Source: a virus. Taken from it: DNA of 64,000 nucleotides. Positions within the stretch are counted from its first letter, which is position 1. The number at the start of each line of letters is the position of its first letter. The DNA is taken from positions 1-64,000 of the IMG/VR virus record IMGVR_UViG_3300027969_000043; one strand, written 5' to 3'. Shown here piece after piece: positions 1-7,670 of this stretch. The translations under genes were made by a program, and so were the position numbers. The notes under the pieces are model-generated. The model was not told the DNA's origin, searched no databases, and saw only the letters and a program-made list of their open reading frames with translations.

Positions 1-179
1 TAAACAAATTTATATGCCTCTTCAATTTCATCCACAATGTGTGGATATTTTTTCTTATGCATTTCTTTGTTTCTTGTTACTAACTCTTCCCAAGTTTCTC
101 TTCTTTGTAGTTCTGGCATGTACTTAGCATATTTCATATGTACGGTAATATCAGATAAAATTTTTGTTGATAAATCCAT
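1..179 (-). CDS. nrdJ: Ribonucleotide reductase, class II (B12-dependent) type, N-terminal fragment running off the left edge
   Basis: Manual translation from ATG at 179 gives MDLSTKILSDITVHMKYAKYMPELQRRETWEELVTRNKEMH. The KYA..RRETW.E.V.R motif is typical of NrdJ N-termini. Confidence 0.7.
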   Translation of the reverse strand, partial: MDLSTKILSDITVHMKYAKYMPELQRRETWEELVTRNKEMHKKKYPHIVDEIEEAYKFV

Positions 180-205
180 TTTAAATTAAATTTGTTTTTT
201 GGTTT

Positions 206-1639
206 TTAATTGTTGTTATTTTCTTCGTCTGAGACGTTATCTGTATTGTTAAGAACTTTTTTTCTTTCTTGCATTCCGTTTAATAAACCAGCAACATAGT
301 CGGTAGTTTCTTTTTCTTTCCCTTTATTGAATTCTCCTTGGGTCCTAGCTTTTTTATTAGGGTTCATATCTATTTGAATTCTAGAATTATCAAAGATTAT
401 GTCTTCTAATATTATACCATCCTTAGCAAATCTAGATTTTAAGATGGCCATGGTAGCCGTTCCATTTTCTTTTTGGTCTAGGGTTTTAGCTATTGAAACA
501 ACGAAGTGACCTATTTGTCCTTTCTTGATTGAGCCACCCATTTGGTCAGATTCAACAACTGTTGCTTTGATTGAACTTCTATTGCCCTGAACAGCGGTCC
601 ATCCTGCCATATCTAATTCAGATAATAATGTTTCAAATTGTCTCATTACATTACCTTCGCCAACATTAACATCATCAAATTTCCTAGATGGTTGTACGCA
701 GTCAATATAATCAACTAAAACGATATCTGGTCTAAAGCCTTGTGCTATCAACTTTCTAATATAGTTTCTAATAATTGGTATTGTTGTTCCATCACTAGGA
801 AATTTTTTAAGCCTTAGTACACCTTTTTCAGATTCTTTTTGTTTAACTAGATTCTTTAATTCATCCTTGTGTAATGATAAGCTATTAAGTTCGTAACCTG
901 ACCAACAAGCCAAATGCTTTCTTTGAATAACCTTTGCGGCATCTTCAAAAAATATTTGCAACACATTGTAACCTAAGTTCTTGGCTGTATTTGCTATCTT
1001 GGTAATCATTGTAGTTTTACCAACACCAAATGGTGCTAATATAATCGCAAGTTCACCTTTTGATAACCCACCATCCATGATTTCATCTAAACCCTTTATA
1101 CCAGTCGGTATTGGCTTTCTGAAGTCATCTAATAGTACGGACTCAATATTTTCTAGAACATTTATGCCATTATCTTTAAGGTCACCATGTTCTAATGCTT
1201 TTTTTAATAACTCTTCACACTCATCGTATCTAGCATCATCACCAACTTCAATAATACTGCTAATTTGCTTGATTGATTTTTTTAATTCTTGTGTTTTGCA
1301 AAACTTCATTGCTTTTTCTTGAACACCAAGAGTATCATTTAGGCTAACGTCTTTTATTCTCTTTAACTCCGCAAGCGCCCATTTTTTATCAATTTCATTA
1401 GTTATAACATCTAGTAGTCTGTATTCTAGACTACCGATATCTATTATAATGTTATGTTTTGCATAGGCCTCCTTTATTGTTGAAACAATAAGTTTTAGCG
1501 CATTACCCTCAAAATAGTTTGCATCAATTATTTCAATTATTGATTCGGCAAATCTGTTGTCAACAAGAAGTTGTGCGATTAGTCTAAGTTGAAAATCATC
1601 CCCTAGATACCCAAAACCTTCTCTATTTATTTTTGCCAT
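206..1639 (-). CDS. dnaB: Replicative DNA helicase (DnaB / T4 gp41-like)
   Basis: PTG..GLD...GGL..GEL, Walker A APFGVGKTT, Walker B VLVDYID, Q-x-N-R and KSRF motifs. Confidence 0.92.
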   Translation of the reverse strand: MAKINREGFGYLGDDFQLRLIAQLLVDNRFAESIIEIIDANYFEGNALKLIVSTIKEAYAKHNIIIDIGSLEYRLLDVITNEIDKKWALAELKRIKDVSLNDTLGVQEKAMKFCKTQELKKSIKQISSIIEVGDDARYDECEELLKKALEHGDLKDNGINVLENIESVLLDDFRKPIPTGIKGLDEIMDGGLSKGELAIILAPFGVGKTTMITKIANTAKNLGYNVLQIFFEDAAKVIQRKHLACWSGYELNSLSLHKDELKNLVKQKESEKGVLRLKKFPSDGTTIPIIRNYIRKLIAQGFRPDIVLVDYIDCVQPSRKFDDVNVGEGNVMRQFETLLSELDMAGWTAVQGNRSSIKATVVESDQMGGSIKKGQIGHFVVSIAKTLDQKENGTATMAILKSRFAKDGIILEDIIFDNSRIQIDMNPNKKARTQGEFNKGKEKETTDYVAGLLNGMQERKKVLNNTDNVSDEENNNN

Positions 1640-1683
1640 TTAATATTAACTTTTTTTGAAAACTTGTGATTTTTATAAATATA

Positions 1684-2163
1684 TTAAAGTTGCACATCGG
1701 CATACTTTGTTGTGTATTTTTTTTGACTTAACGTGTCCTTGATATCAGATATGATGTTGGGTATTAATTCTTTAATATCTACTTGATACCTTACTTGTGG
1801 CGGAAAATTATTTCCAGAAAACGTGCTCTGTGCAATAGGGTTTTTGTCCACTCTAATCTCAAAATCAAAAATATCTTCTTTTTCAAAAATGTTTTTATAT
1901 GGTTCTTCTTTTGAGGGCGCATATGGATTGTAAAATTTGTATAGATACTCACGCGATTTCTTTTTTAAATGGTTAGGAATCATACCCATAGCACCAAAAT
2001 CGTCATTGCTCATACCTACGATTCTGTCCATCAACTCTTTTAAATCTAATGATTTTGTTGAATTTTCATTATAGTCTCTGATACTAAAATATCTTTGACA
2101 AATAATGTGCTTGTTGATGTACAACAAGAATTCAAATCTCTGTTCTTCAATTTTTTTGTTCAT
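1684..2163 (-). CDS. Hypothetical protein (probable start MNKKIEEQ at 2163)
   Basis: Open frame in the replication operon. The 2205 start overlaps the upstream gene, so the internal ATG after an A-rich leader is preferred. Confidence 0.6.
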   Translation of the reverse strand: MNKKIEEQRFEFLLYINKHIICQRYFSIRDYNENSTKSLDLKELMDRIVGMSNDDFGAMGMIPNHLKKKSREYLYKFYNPYAPSKEEPYKNIFEKEDIFDFEIRVDKNPIAQSTFSGNNFPPQVRYQVDIKELIPNIISDIKDTLSQKKYTTKYADVQL

Positions 2164-2176
2164 AATGTTTGTTTTT

Positions 2177-3226
2177 TTAATTTGTTTGTTTAATCTCTCG
2201 TTCAATTAATTGTTTAAATGGTATTAAATAGTCAGCATATCTATAAGAACCTATTGTTTTTTCTAACCCATCAACCTTCATTTGTTTTAAGACATTTTTA
2301 AGACCCCTATCATCCATATTAAACTCACCATCAATTAGTTCGTTTAATTGTTCAATAGCCTCATTGGTTATTAACGGGTTATTTAAATCAACCAAAGCAG
2401 TATTTATTTCGTAAAGTTTATCACCCTGTACACCATCAGTAATGCCATTGATAATATTATCTAACGATTTTAATGGTTTTTGTTTGGAATTTAATCTTTC
2501 TTCCTGTAAAGATTTTGCTGATTCGATTAAGAAATCTAATGTAACTTTCTTGGTTTTGATATCGGGAAATAAAGCTATTAGCGTTGCTTCTTTTACACCC
2601 TTCACACCTTTGATAGTATCGCTATTATCACCAGTAATAATCTTTATTAGTGCAGAATTTTCGTGGTAATGATTAAAATGGTTTGAGTAGTTGTTGGTAT
2701 CAACGTATGTTTTTAAATCACAAAAATATATTCTAACCCTTTCAGATATCAACTGACACATATCTCTATCAGTGGTACAGATAGTTATGAATTCATTTTC
2801 ACCCCTATTTAAACAATAATAACCGATAAAATCATCACTCTCAACAAATTCATGTTGTGTTTGTCTAATACAAAGTTCTTCCAAATAATCCCGTATCATA
2901 TTTTTCTGTTTGATTTCGGATTCATCGGGTTCAGTACCTTCGATATAATTTTTACCACGACCACTTTTATATGGTTCGTATATGTTATACCTTAGTTTAC
3001 CACTAAACTTGCCATCCCAAAAAACATAAACTCTATGATATAGATTTTCACCTAATAGCTTACGCAATATAGTTAAAAACTGATATAACCCACCTATGTG
3101 TTCTCCACGATGGTTATATTCACTCTTGGCTCCGTGAAAACCAAATTTAAATAAGGCATTCCCGTCAACCAAGAGTGTATTTATAACTTTAATTCGTTCA
3201 CCATTTTTTGGTGGTCTTTTGTTCAA
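2177..3226 (-). CDS. 5'-3' exonuclease / flap endonuclease (T4 RNase H, PolI N-terminal family)
   Basis: LLVDGN, FWDG, YKSGR, ESDDFIG, TDRDMCQL and GDNSDTIKGVKGVKE (H3TH) motifs. Confidence 0.9.
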   Translation of the reverse strand: MNKRPPKNGERIKVINTLLVDGNALFKFGFHGAKSEYNHRGEHIGGLYQFLTILRKLLGENLYHRVYVFWDGKFSGKLRYNIYEPYKSGRGKNYIEGTEPDESEIKQKNMIRDYLEELCIRQTQHEFVESDDFIGYYCLNRGENEFITICTTDRDMCQLISERVRIYFCDLKTYVDTNNYSNHFNHYHENSALIKIITGDNSDTIKGVKGVKEATLIALFPDIKTKKVTLDFLIESAKSLQEERLNSKQKPLKSLDNIINGITDGVQGDKLYEINTALVDLNNPLITNEAIEQLNELIDGEFNMDDRGLKNVLKQMKVDGLEKTIGSYRYADYLIPFKQLIEREIKQTN

Positions 3227-3256
3227 AACTTAATTGTTAATGAGTGAAAAAATGTT

Positions 3257-4351
3257 TTAATCGCCTGTTTCAACACTACCTGAAATTAATTCAGTCTCAA
3301 TGACAAAGTCGTCATATTCTGTGTTTAACTTTTCTTTGATAAAATCTTTGTGTATCTCTTTGTAAGAGTCAATTTTGTCAGGGTTCCAATATCCGTGAGG
3401 TGTAGATGCAATGCTACCTTTTTGTTCAATACCATTTACCTGATTCTTTTCACAACGAATTTTTGTAACGATACCAAATTGGTATTCTTCACCTTTGTAT
3501 GTTGCTTTTAATTTTTCAGTACTATGTGTTAAGATACCACCAAAATGGAATATCATTCTTGGAGCGTAGAAGAAAGCTTCACCGCCTTTGTGTTTGATAA
3601 CTTTGTTTTCATTATCCAACCAAATCTGTTGAACAACGGCAAAGCTTGCTGTGTATGGTACGTCTTCTCTTCTAGACGCTGGAATACGATAGTTGATTAA
3701 TGACTTAAAACATGTTGCTAACGCACCTGCAGTCCATTGGTTGTTAGTTGTTTTAGATGTGGCACCCTTAAAGCAGTTGATTGAACCAACTGAATCCCAA
3801 AAGAACGCAACATCTCTAGGTAATGAACCCTCTTGTTGTTTATCCAATATGAAATGCATGTATGTTGATATGTCTTCAACAACAGGTTCATATCTTAGTG
3901 CTTTGGTCCCCATCTTGCTATGCTGATGGTCGTAGTTTTGATATTTTTTTAATAGGTCTGGACCTTGCATAAAGATGAAGTCACCTTTATAGTTAATAAT
4001 CTCACCAGTATCAGGGTCAACAACTTCTTCAAATTGCATACCAATGTTTCTAGCATGTTCCCAATTCCAGTTATTTTCAGTTTCAAAAATTATTGGTAAC
4101 ACGCCAATCTTTTGACAACCTGCAACGGCCTCATAGATTGAAGTTGATTTACCAGTATTTGAATATCCTCTGAATGATACAAAATAACCCATCGGAATCC
4201 CAGGCACTTTTACAGCCTCGTGAAAAGCTTCTGACAATGGAATCCATTGTATTTCTTTCTCTTTAACCGTAAAATCTAACCCTTCACTCTCTTTAAATGA
4301 ATCGATATTAAACGATTTTTTTTCAATAATTTTTTTCGGCTTTGTGCCCAT
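3257..4351 (-). CDS. RecA/UvsX-like recombinase
   Basis: Walker A GYSNTGKST, ETEN, WDSVGS, GGEAFFY and KNQV motifs in RecA order. Confidence 0.85.
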   Translation of the reverse strand: MGTKPKKIIEKKSFNIDSFKESEGLDFTVKEKEIQWIPLSEAFHEAVKVPGIPMGYFVSFRGYSNTGKSTSIYEAVAGCQKIGVLPIIFETENNWNWEHARNIGMQFEEVVDPDTGEIINYKGDFIFMQGPDLLKKYQNYDHQHSKMGTKALRYEPVVEDISTYMHFILDKQQEGSLPRDVAFFWDSVGSINCFKGATSKTTNNQWTAGALATCFKSLINYRIPASRREDVPYTASFAVVQQIWLDNENKVIKHKGGEAFFYAPRMIFHFGGILTHSTEKLKATYKGEEYQFGIVTKIRCEKNQVNGIEQKGSIASTPHGYWNPDKIDSYKEIHKDFIKEKLNTEYDDFVIETELISGSVETGD

Positions 4352-4387
4352 ATGTATGTTGTTAAAAATAATATTATTTAGATAATA

Positions 4388-4418
4388 AAGAATGGGTAGT
4401 TATGTACCACCCATTCTT
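4388..4418 (-). terminator. Hairpin downstream of ssb, probable terminator or processing stem
   Basis: Inverted repeat AAGAATGGGT...ACCCATTCTT. Confidence 0.55.
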
Positions 4419-4429
4419 ATTATAAATTA

Positions 4430-5365
4430 TTAGAACGGCAAATCGTCGTTTACATCTTTTTCACCTTCATTATCATCATCATCATCATCATCAGGCTCAG
4501 TAACTTTAATAGATGGTGCAGTTTTTTTTGAAGCTGCGGTAACGTTTGACTTAACGTTTGGTGTTCCTAATGTTAATTCTTCATCTAGGCCGTCGCTTTC
4601 TTGTGTTGTTAAAGAAGCTTTATCCACGAATTTTTTTGCTTCTTTATCCCAAGTAGGTACACCGCCTTTAACGATAATCTCAAGATAGTCGTATGGTTTA
4701 ACACTGTATACATCTTCCCAAGTTCTAGAATCTGATAACCATTCAGCTGAAACTTCAGCATCTTCAGAAAGTGGTGATGGGTCTAAATGAGAAATACTCT
4801 GAACAATTGGACGATTGTTTTGGTCTCTAGCAATCATAACCATCAAATCTCTACCAGTCTGTGCATCAGTAATGTTTTGTTTAATCGCAGTCAAAACACC
4901 ATAGATTTTGTCATAGATACCTTGTTTGCGGTAGTCATGGTTAAAACGCCAGAATTTAACACCATCAGCTTCATTATCTCTATCGATAATTTTTACAACG
5001 TACATTTTTTTAGCACTGTATTTTTTAGCTAACTCTTTATCTGAATCCTTGCCAGAAGCTAAAAGTGCTTCACGAGCTTCGCAGAAAGGACAGTCTTCAT
5101 CTTTTTCGTGCTTTAAACACATAAATGTTTTCCATTCTCCGTCAACCTGCATTTTGTGTCCGTGAACTTCTTTAAATGGTGTTGAGCCGTCAGAGGTAGG
5201 TAATACTCTGATTGTTTTAGTAGCTGTTTTTTGTTTGTCAGAAAGGTACGTTGTGAAGTAGTTCTTCAAATCATACTCTTTAGCTGAATTGTTTTTAGCA
5301 TAAGAACTAGAATTGTTCTCATACTGTTTCATCATCGCTTCAAATTGCGCATCTTGTTTACTCAT
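4430..5365 (-). CDS. ssb: Single-stranded DNA-binding protein (T4 gp32-like)
   Basis: IRVLP, H...C...CPFC zinc ligands, KFWRF, GRDL and an acidic tail ending DDLPF. Lies next to the recombinase. Confidence 0.85.
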   Translation of the reverse strand: MSKQDAQFEAMMKQYENNSSSYAKNNSAKEYDLKNYFTTYLSDKQKTATKTIRVLPTSDGSTPFKEVHGHKMQVDGEWKTFMCLKHEKDEDCPFCEAREALLASGKDSDKELAKKYSAKKMYVVKIIDRDNEADGVKFWRFNHDYRKQGIYDKIYGVLTAIKQNITDAQTGRDLMVMIARDQNNRPIVQSISHLDPSPLSEDAEVSAEWLSDSRTWEDVYSVKPYDYLEIIVKGGVPTWDKEAKKFVDKASLTTQESDGLDEELTLGTPNVKSNVTAASKKTAPSIKVTEPDDDDDDDNEGEKDVNDDLPF

Positions 5366-5418
5366 AATTGTTGTTTTTTAAAATATATGTAGATGTTATT
5401 TACTCGTTTTTAATTATA

Positions 5419-5448
5419 CAAATATACGAAAAATTCGGGAAAAGTCAA
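5419..5448 (-). promoter_or_regulatory. Bacteroidota-type primary-sigma promoter upstream of ssb (proximal)
   Basis: Minus strand TTG (5448-5446), 19-nt spacer, TATATTTG (5426-5419). Matches -33 TTG / -7 TAnnTTTG. Confidence 0.75.
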
Positions 5449-5492
5449 GTAGCGGGAAAACTTTTTAAGTTAAAAATATTACATCAATAAAG

Positions 5493-5524
5493 CAAATATA
5501 CTAACTTAATTAACATAGTGCAAA
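5493..5524 (-). promoter_or_regulatory. Second Bacteroidota-type promoter upstream of ssb (distal)
   Basis: Minus strand TTTG-N20-TATATTTG. Confidence 0.6.
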
Positions 5525-5525
5525 T

Positions 5526-5557
5526 AAAAAAGGGATGTTTTTTAACACCCCTTTTTT
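5526..5557. terminator. Intrinsic terminator with A/T tracts on both sides
   Basis: AAAAAAGGGATGTT-tttt-AACACCCCTTTTTT downstream of the 272-aa gene. Confidence 0.7.
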
Positions 5558-5579
5558 GTACTTTATTTACTTATTATGC

Positions 5580-6398
5580 TTATACGTCTTCTTCTTCGTA
5601 GTCTTCTGGAACATCAAATGTTTTTTTGATTGATGTGTCTACAACTCCGCCTGTATCTATATCATCTTTTTTTAAGATGTATTCTTTAGGTTTTTGTTCT
5701 CCAGTTGCGTCATACCCATCAACATCTTTCCAATAGTCGGTTAATTTTATATTGTACGGGAAAGAATCCATAGACCTCATTTCTAATTTTTCTACAGGTG
5801 TTGGGTTTCTTTTTACAATTTCTTTTTCAAGCGTATCAATTTTACTAGCTATTGAATCCATAGCAGCAACTCTTTGTTCTAAATCATTAAATTTATTTAA
5901 AAGTTCTGTTGTTTTTAAAAAACTTAAATCGGCAGATTTTTTAGCATCTTCACCACTCTTAACAAGTTGTGTTACGTCAATATCAACTTCTTCTTCCGCA
6001 CCAGCATCCTCGGTTCCAGCATCTTCCGTGCCAGCGTCATCGGCGCCTGCGTCATCAGTTCCAGCATCTTCGGTTCCAGCATCTTCGGTTCCAGCATCTT
6101 CAGTTCCATCGTCTTCAGTTCCATCGTCTTCAGTTCCAAACATATTTGAATCGTCAGTATCAGCTTCCGCACCCGCATCAGCACCAGCCTCGGCACCTGC
6201 TTCTGCTCCAGCTTCTGCTCCAGCCTCGGCAGTTTTTGAATCATCAACTGGTTCTTCATCAGCTTCCTCTAGATTAGAACCTAAGATTAAATCATCTTCT
6301 GTTCCTTTAGGTTCTTCTGTATAAAATGAATATTCAGATAAGAGTCTAAATTTTTTAAGCTCTTCGTTTAGTAATTTTTGATTAATTTTCTTAGCCAT
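5580..6398 (-). CDS. Acidic repeat-containing coiled-coil protein, possibly a head or scaffold-associated protein
   Basis: N-terminal LLNEELKKF, AEAG and DAGTE repeats, C-terminal coiled coil. Function is inferred only. Confidence 0.6.
   Translation of the reverse strand: MAKKINQKLLNEELKKFRLLSEYSFYTEEPKGTEDDLILGSNLEEADEEPVDDSKTAEAGAEAGAEAGAEAGADAGAEADTDDSNMFGTEDDGTEDDGTEDAGTEDAGTEDAGTDDAGADDAGTEDAGTEDAGAEEEVDIDVTQLVKSGEDAKKSADLSFLKTTELLNKFNDLEQRVAAMDSIASKIDTLEKEIVKRNPTPVEKLEMRSMDSFPYNIKLTDYWKDVDGYDATGEQKPKEYILKKDDIDTGGVVDTSIKKTFDVPEDYEEEDV
5995..6230 (-). repeat. In-frame tandem repeats: 15-nt (DAGTE/DDGTE) and 12-nt (AEAG) units
   Basis: Repeated ccagcatcttcggtt units at ~6000-6135 and ccagcttctgct-like units at ~6160-6230. 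Confidence 0.85.
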
Positions 6399-6399
6399 A

Positions 6400-6594
6400 T
6401 TAAGTTAATAATTGTCTTCCGTCTTCTGTTATTATCTTTTTGTTGATTCTTTCTAAAATGCTTTTATCATTTTTGATAATGCAAACACCTGAGCTGCAAT
6501 CCATTTCTTGATTTGACTCGTCTAGTGTTGGTTTTTCACCTAAAAAACTATCCATAGCTTTTTTAAGGTTTTTTTCATTAGTTTCGTTATACAT
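6400..6594 (-). CDS. Small hypothetical protein
   Basis: 64-aa ORF abutting the next gene, preceded by ATATTTATT at 6633-6625. Confidence 0.65.
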   Translation of the reverse strand: MYNETNEKNLKKAMDSFLGEKPTLDESNQEMDCSSGVCIIKNDKSILERINKKIITEDGRQLLT

Positions 6595-6643
6595 AAAATT
6601 TATTTTTTTGTAAATTATTATACTAATAAATATCTTAAATTAA

Positions 6644-7045
6644 TTAAAAAACTCGTTTTAAATCCAAAAGTACCAATTCTTTCTTATCTATCAGTATCAT
6701 TTTGTCTTGATACTCAGACCAATCTACTTGATACGACTTGTAATCTATATTACCAATGTCATCACCAAATTTAGATTCGATAAGTTTGTTTAGGGCATTT
6801 ATAGTGTAAAACGCTGTACCTTTTTTGTGGACGATTATGGCGTTAGGAAAGAAATTTTTAAGGTCTATTTTTTTACCCTCAGGTAATAATAATTTAAAAG
6901 TTAGTATGATTTTTGAGTCGTCATTTATATTATTATAACAGAAGACTTTATCTTTTGTTACATTAAATTTTGTATCTAAATAATTTAGAAACCAATCTAA
7001 TCGTTCTGGAAATATAAAGGACGCTAATAATATTGATTTATTCAT
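6644..7045 (-). CDS. Hypothetical protein
   Basis: 133-aa ORF whose start overlaps the upstream stop, suggesting translational coupling. Confidence 0.65.
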   Translation of the reverse strand: MNKSILLASFIFPERLDWFLNYLDTKFNVTKDKVFCYNNINDDSKIILTFKLLLPEGKKIDLKNFFPNAIIVHKKGTAFYTINALNKLIESKFGDDIGNIDYKSYQVDWSEYQDKMILIDKKELVLLDLKRVF

Positions 7046-7634
7046 TTTCTATAGAGTATAAGTATGGAATGTACTTGACCTGATTATCAAGGTTTTCAAT
7101 TCTAGTTTTATACTCAATAAATATCATATTTTTTTCTAAAAACACTTTACTTTTATTCTTTATTTTCAATAAGAATTTTTCAACATTCAAACCAATAAAC
7201 TCAATAAGTTCTAAATCAAAACCAAATATAAAATTATCAAAATATGTATATACCATTCTATCATGTCTATACGATATGATGTTGTTTGTTTTGTTAATCT
7301 TTTTTAATAGTTTTATGATTGTTTTTCTATCAAATATAATTGGGTCGATGAATGTGTATTTGATATCTTTGGTAAGTTGTTTGTAAACTCTTTCAACAAA
7401 ATTGTATATGTCTTCTTCGTGTAGTTCTCTTCTTTCGGTTTTTTTAAATGTCCAATATAGATTGTCGGATAATTTTCTATCTATGATGTCGTAGTCTGGA
7501 TAATGTTTCTTGATGTAATCCCATCCAATGATTAACGTGGGTAATCCCTGAACCGTTAGGTCCAAGGATTTAACCACATTAAAATCACAAGAAACATTTA
7601 CATTAGCAACTGAAACAATATTCGCTATAAGCAT
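7038..7634 (-). CDS. Hypothetical protein, probably a leaderless transcript
   Basis: 198-aa ORF. The promoter -7 element ends 5 nt before the ATG. Confidence 0.65.
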   Translation of the reverse strand: MLIANIVSVANVNVSCDFNVVKSLDLTVQGLPTLIIGWDYIKKHYPDYDIIDRKLSDNLYWTFKKTERRELHEEDIYNFVERVYKQLTKDIKYTFIDPIIFDRKTIIKLLKKINKTNNIISYRHDRMVYTYFDNFIFGFDLELIEFIGLNVEKFLLKIKNKSKVFLEKNMIFIEYKTRIENLDNQVKYIPYLYSIENE

Positions 7635-7638
7635 AACG

Positions 7639-7669
7639 CAAATATACGAAAAGTATTTTAAAAGTCAAA
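7639..7669 (-). promoter_or_regulatory. Bacteroidota-type promoter
   Basis: Minus strand TTTG (7669-7666)-N19-TATATTTG (7646-7639). Confidence 0.75.
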
Positions 7670-7670
7670 A

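Noticed and set aside
5752-6324. Overlapping ORFs with SSVPA, HLRFQ or LEPKM repeats
   Set aside because: They are alternative-frame readings of the 15-nt repeat in the real 272-aa gene.
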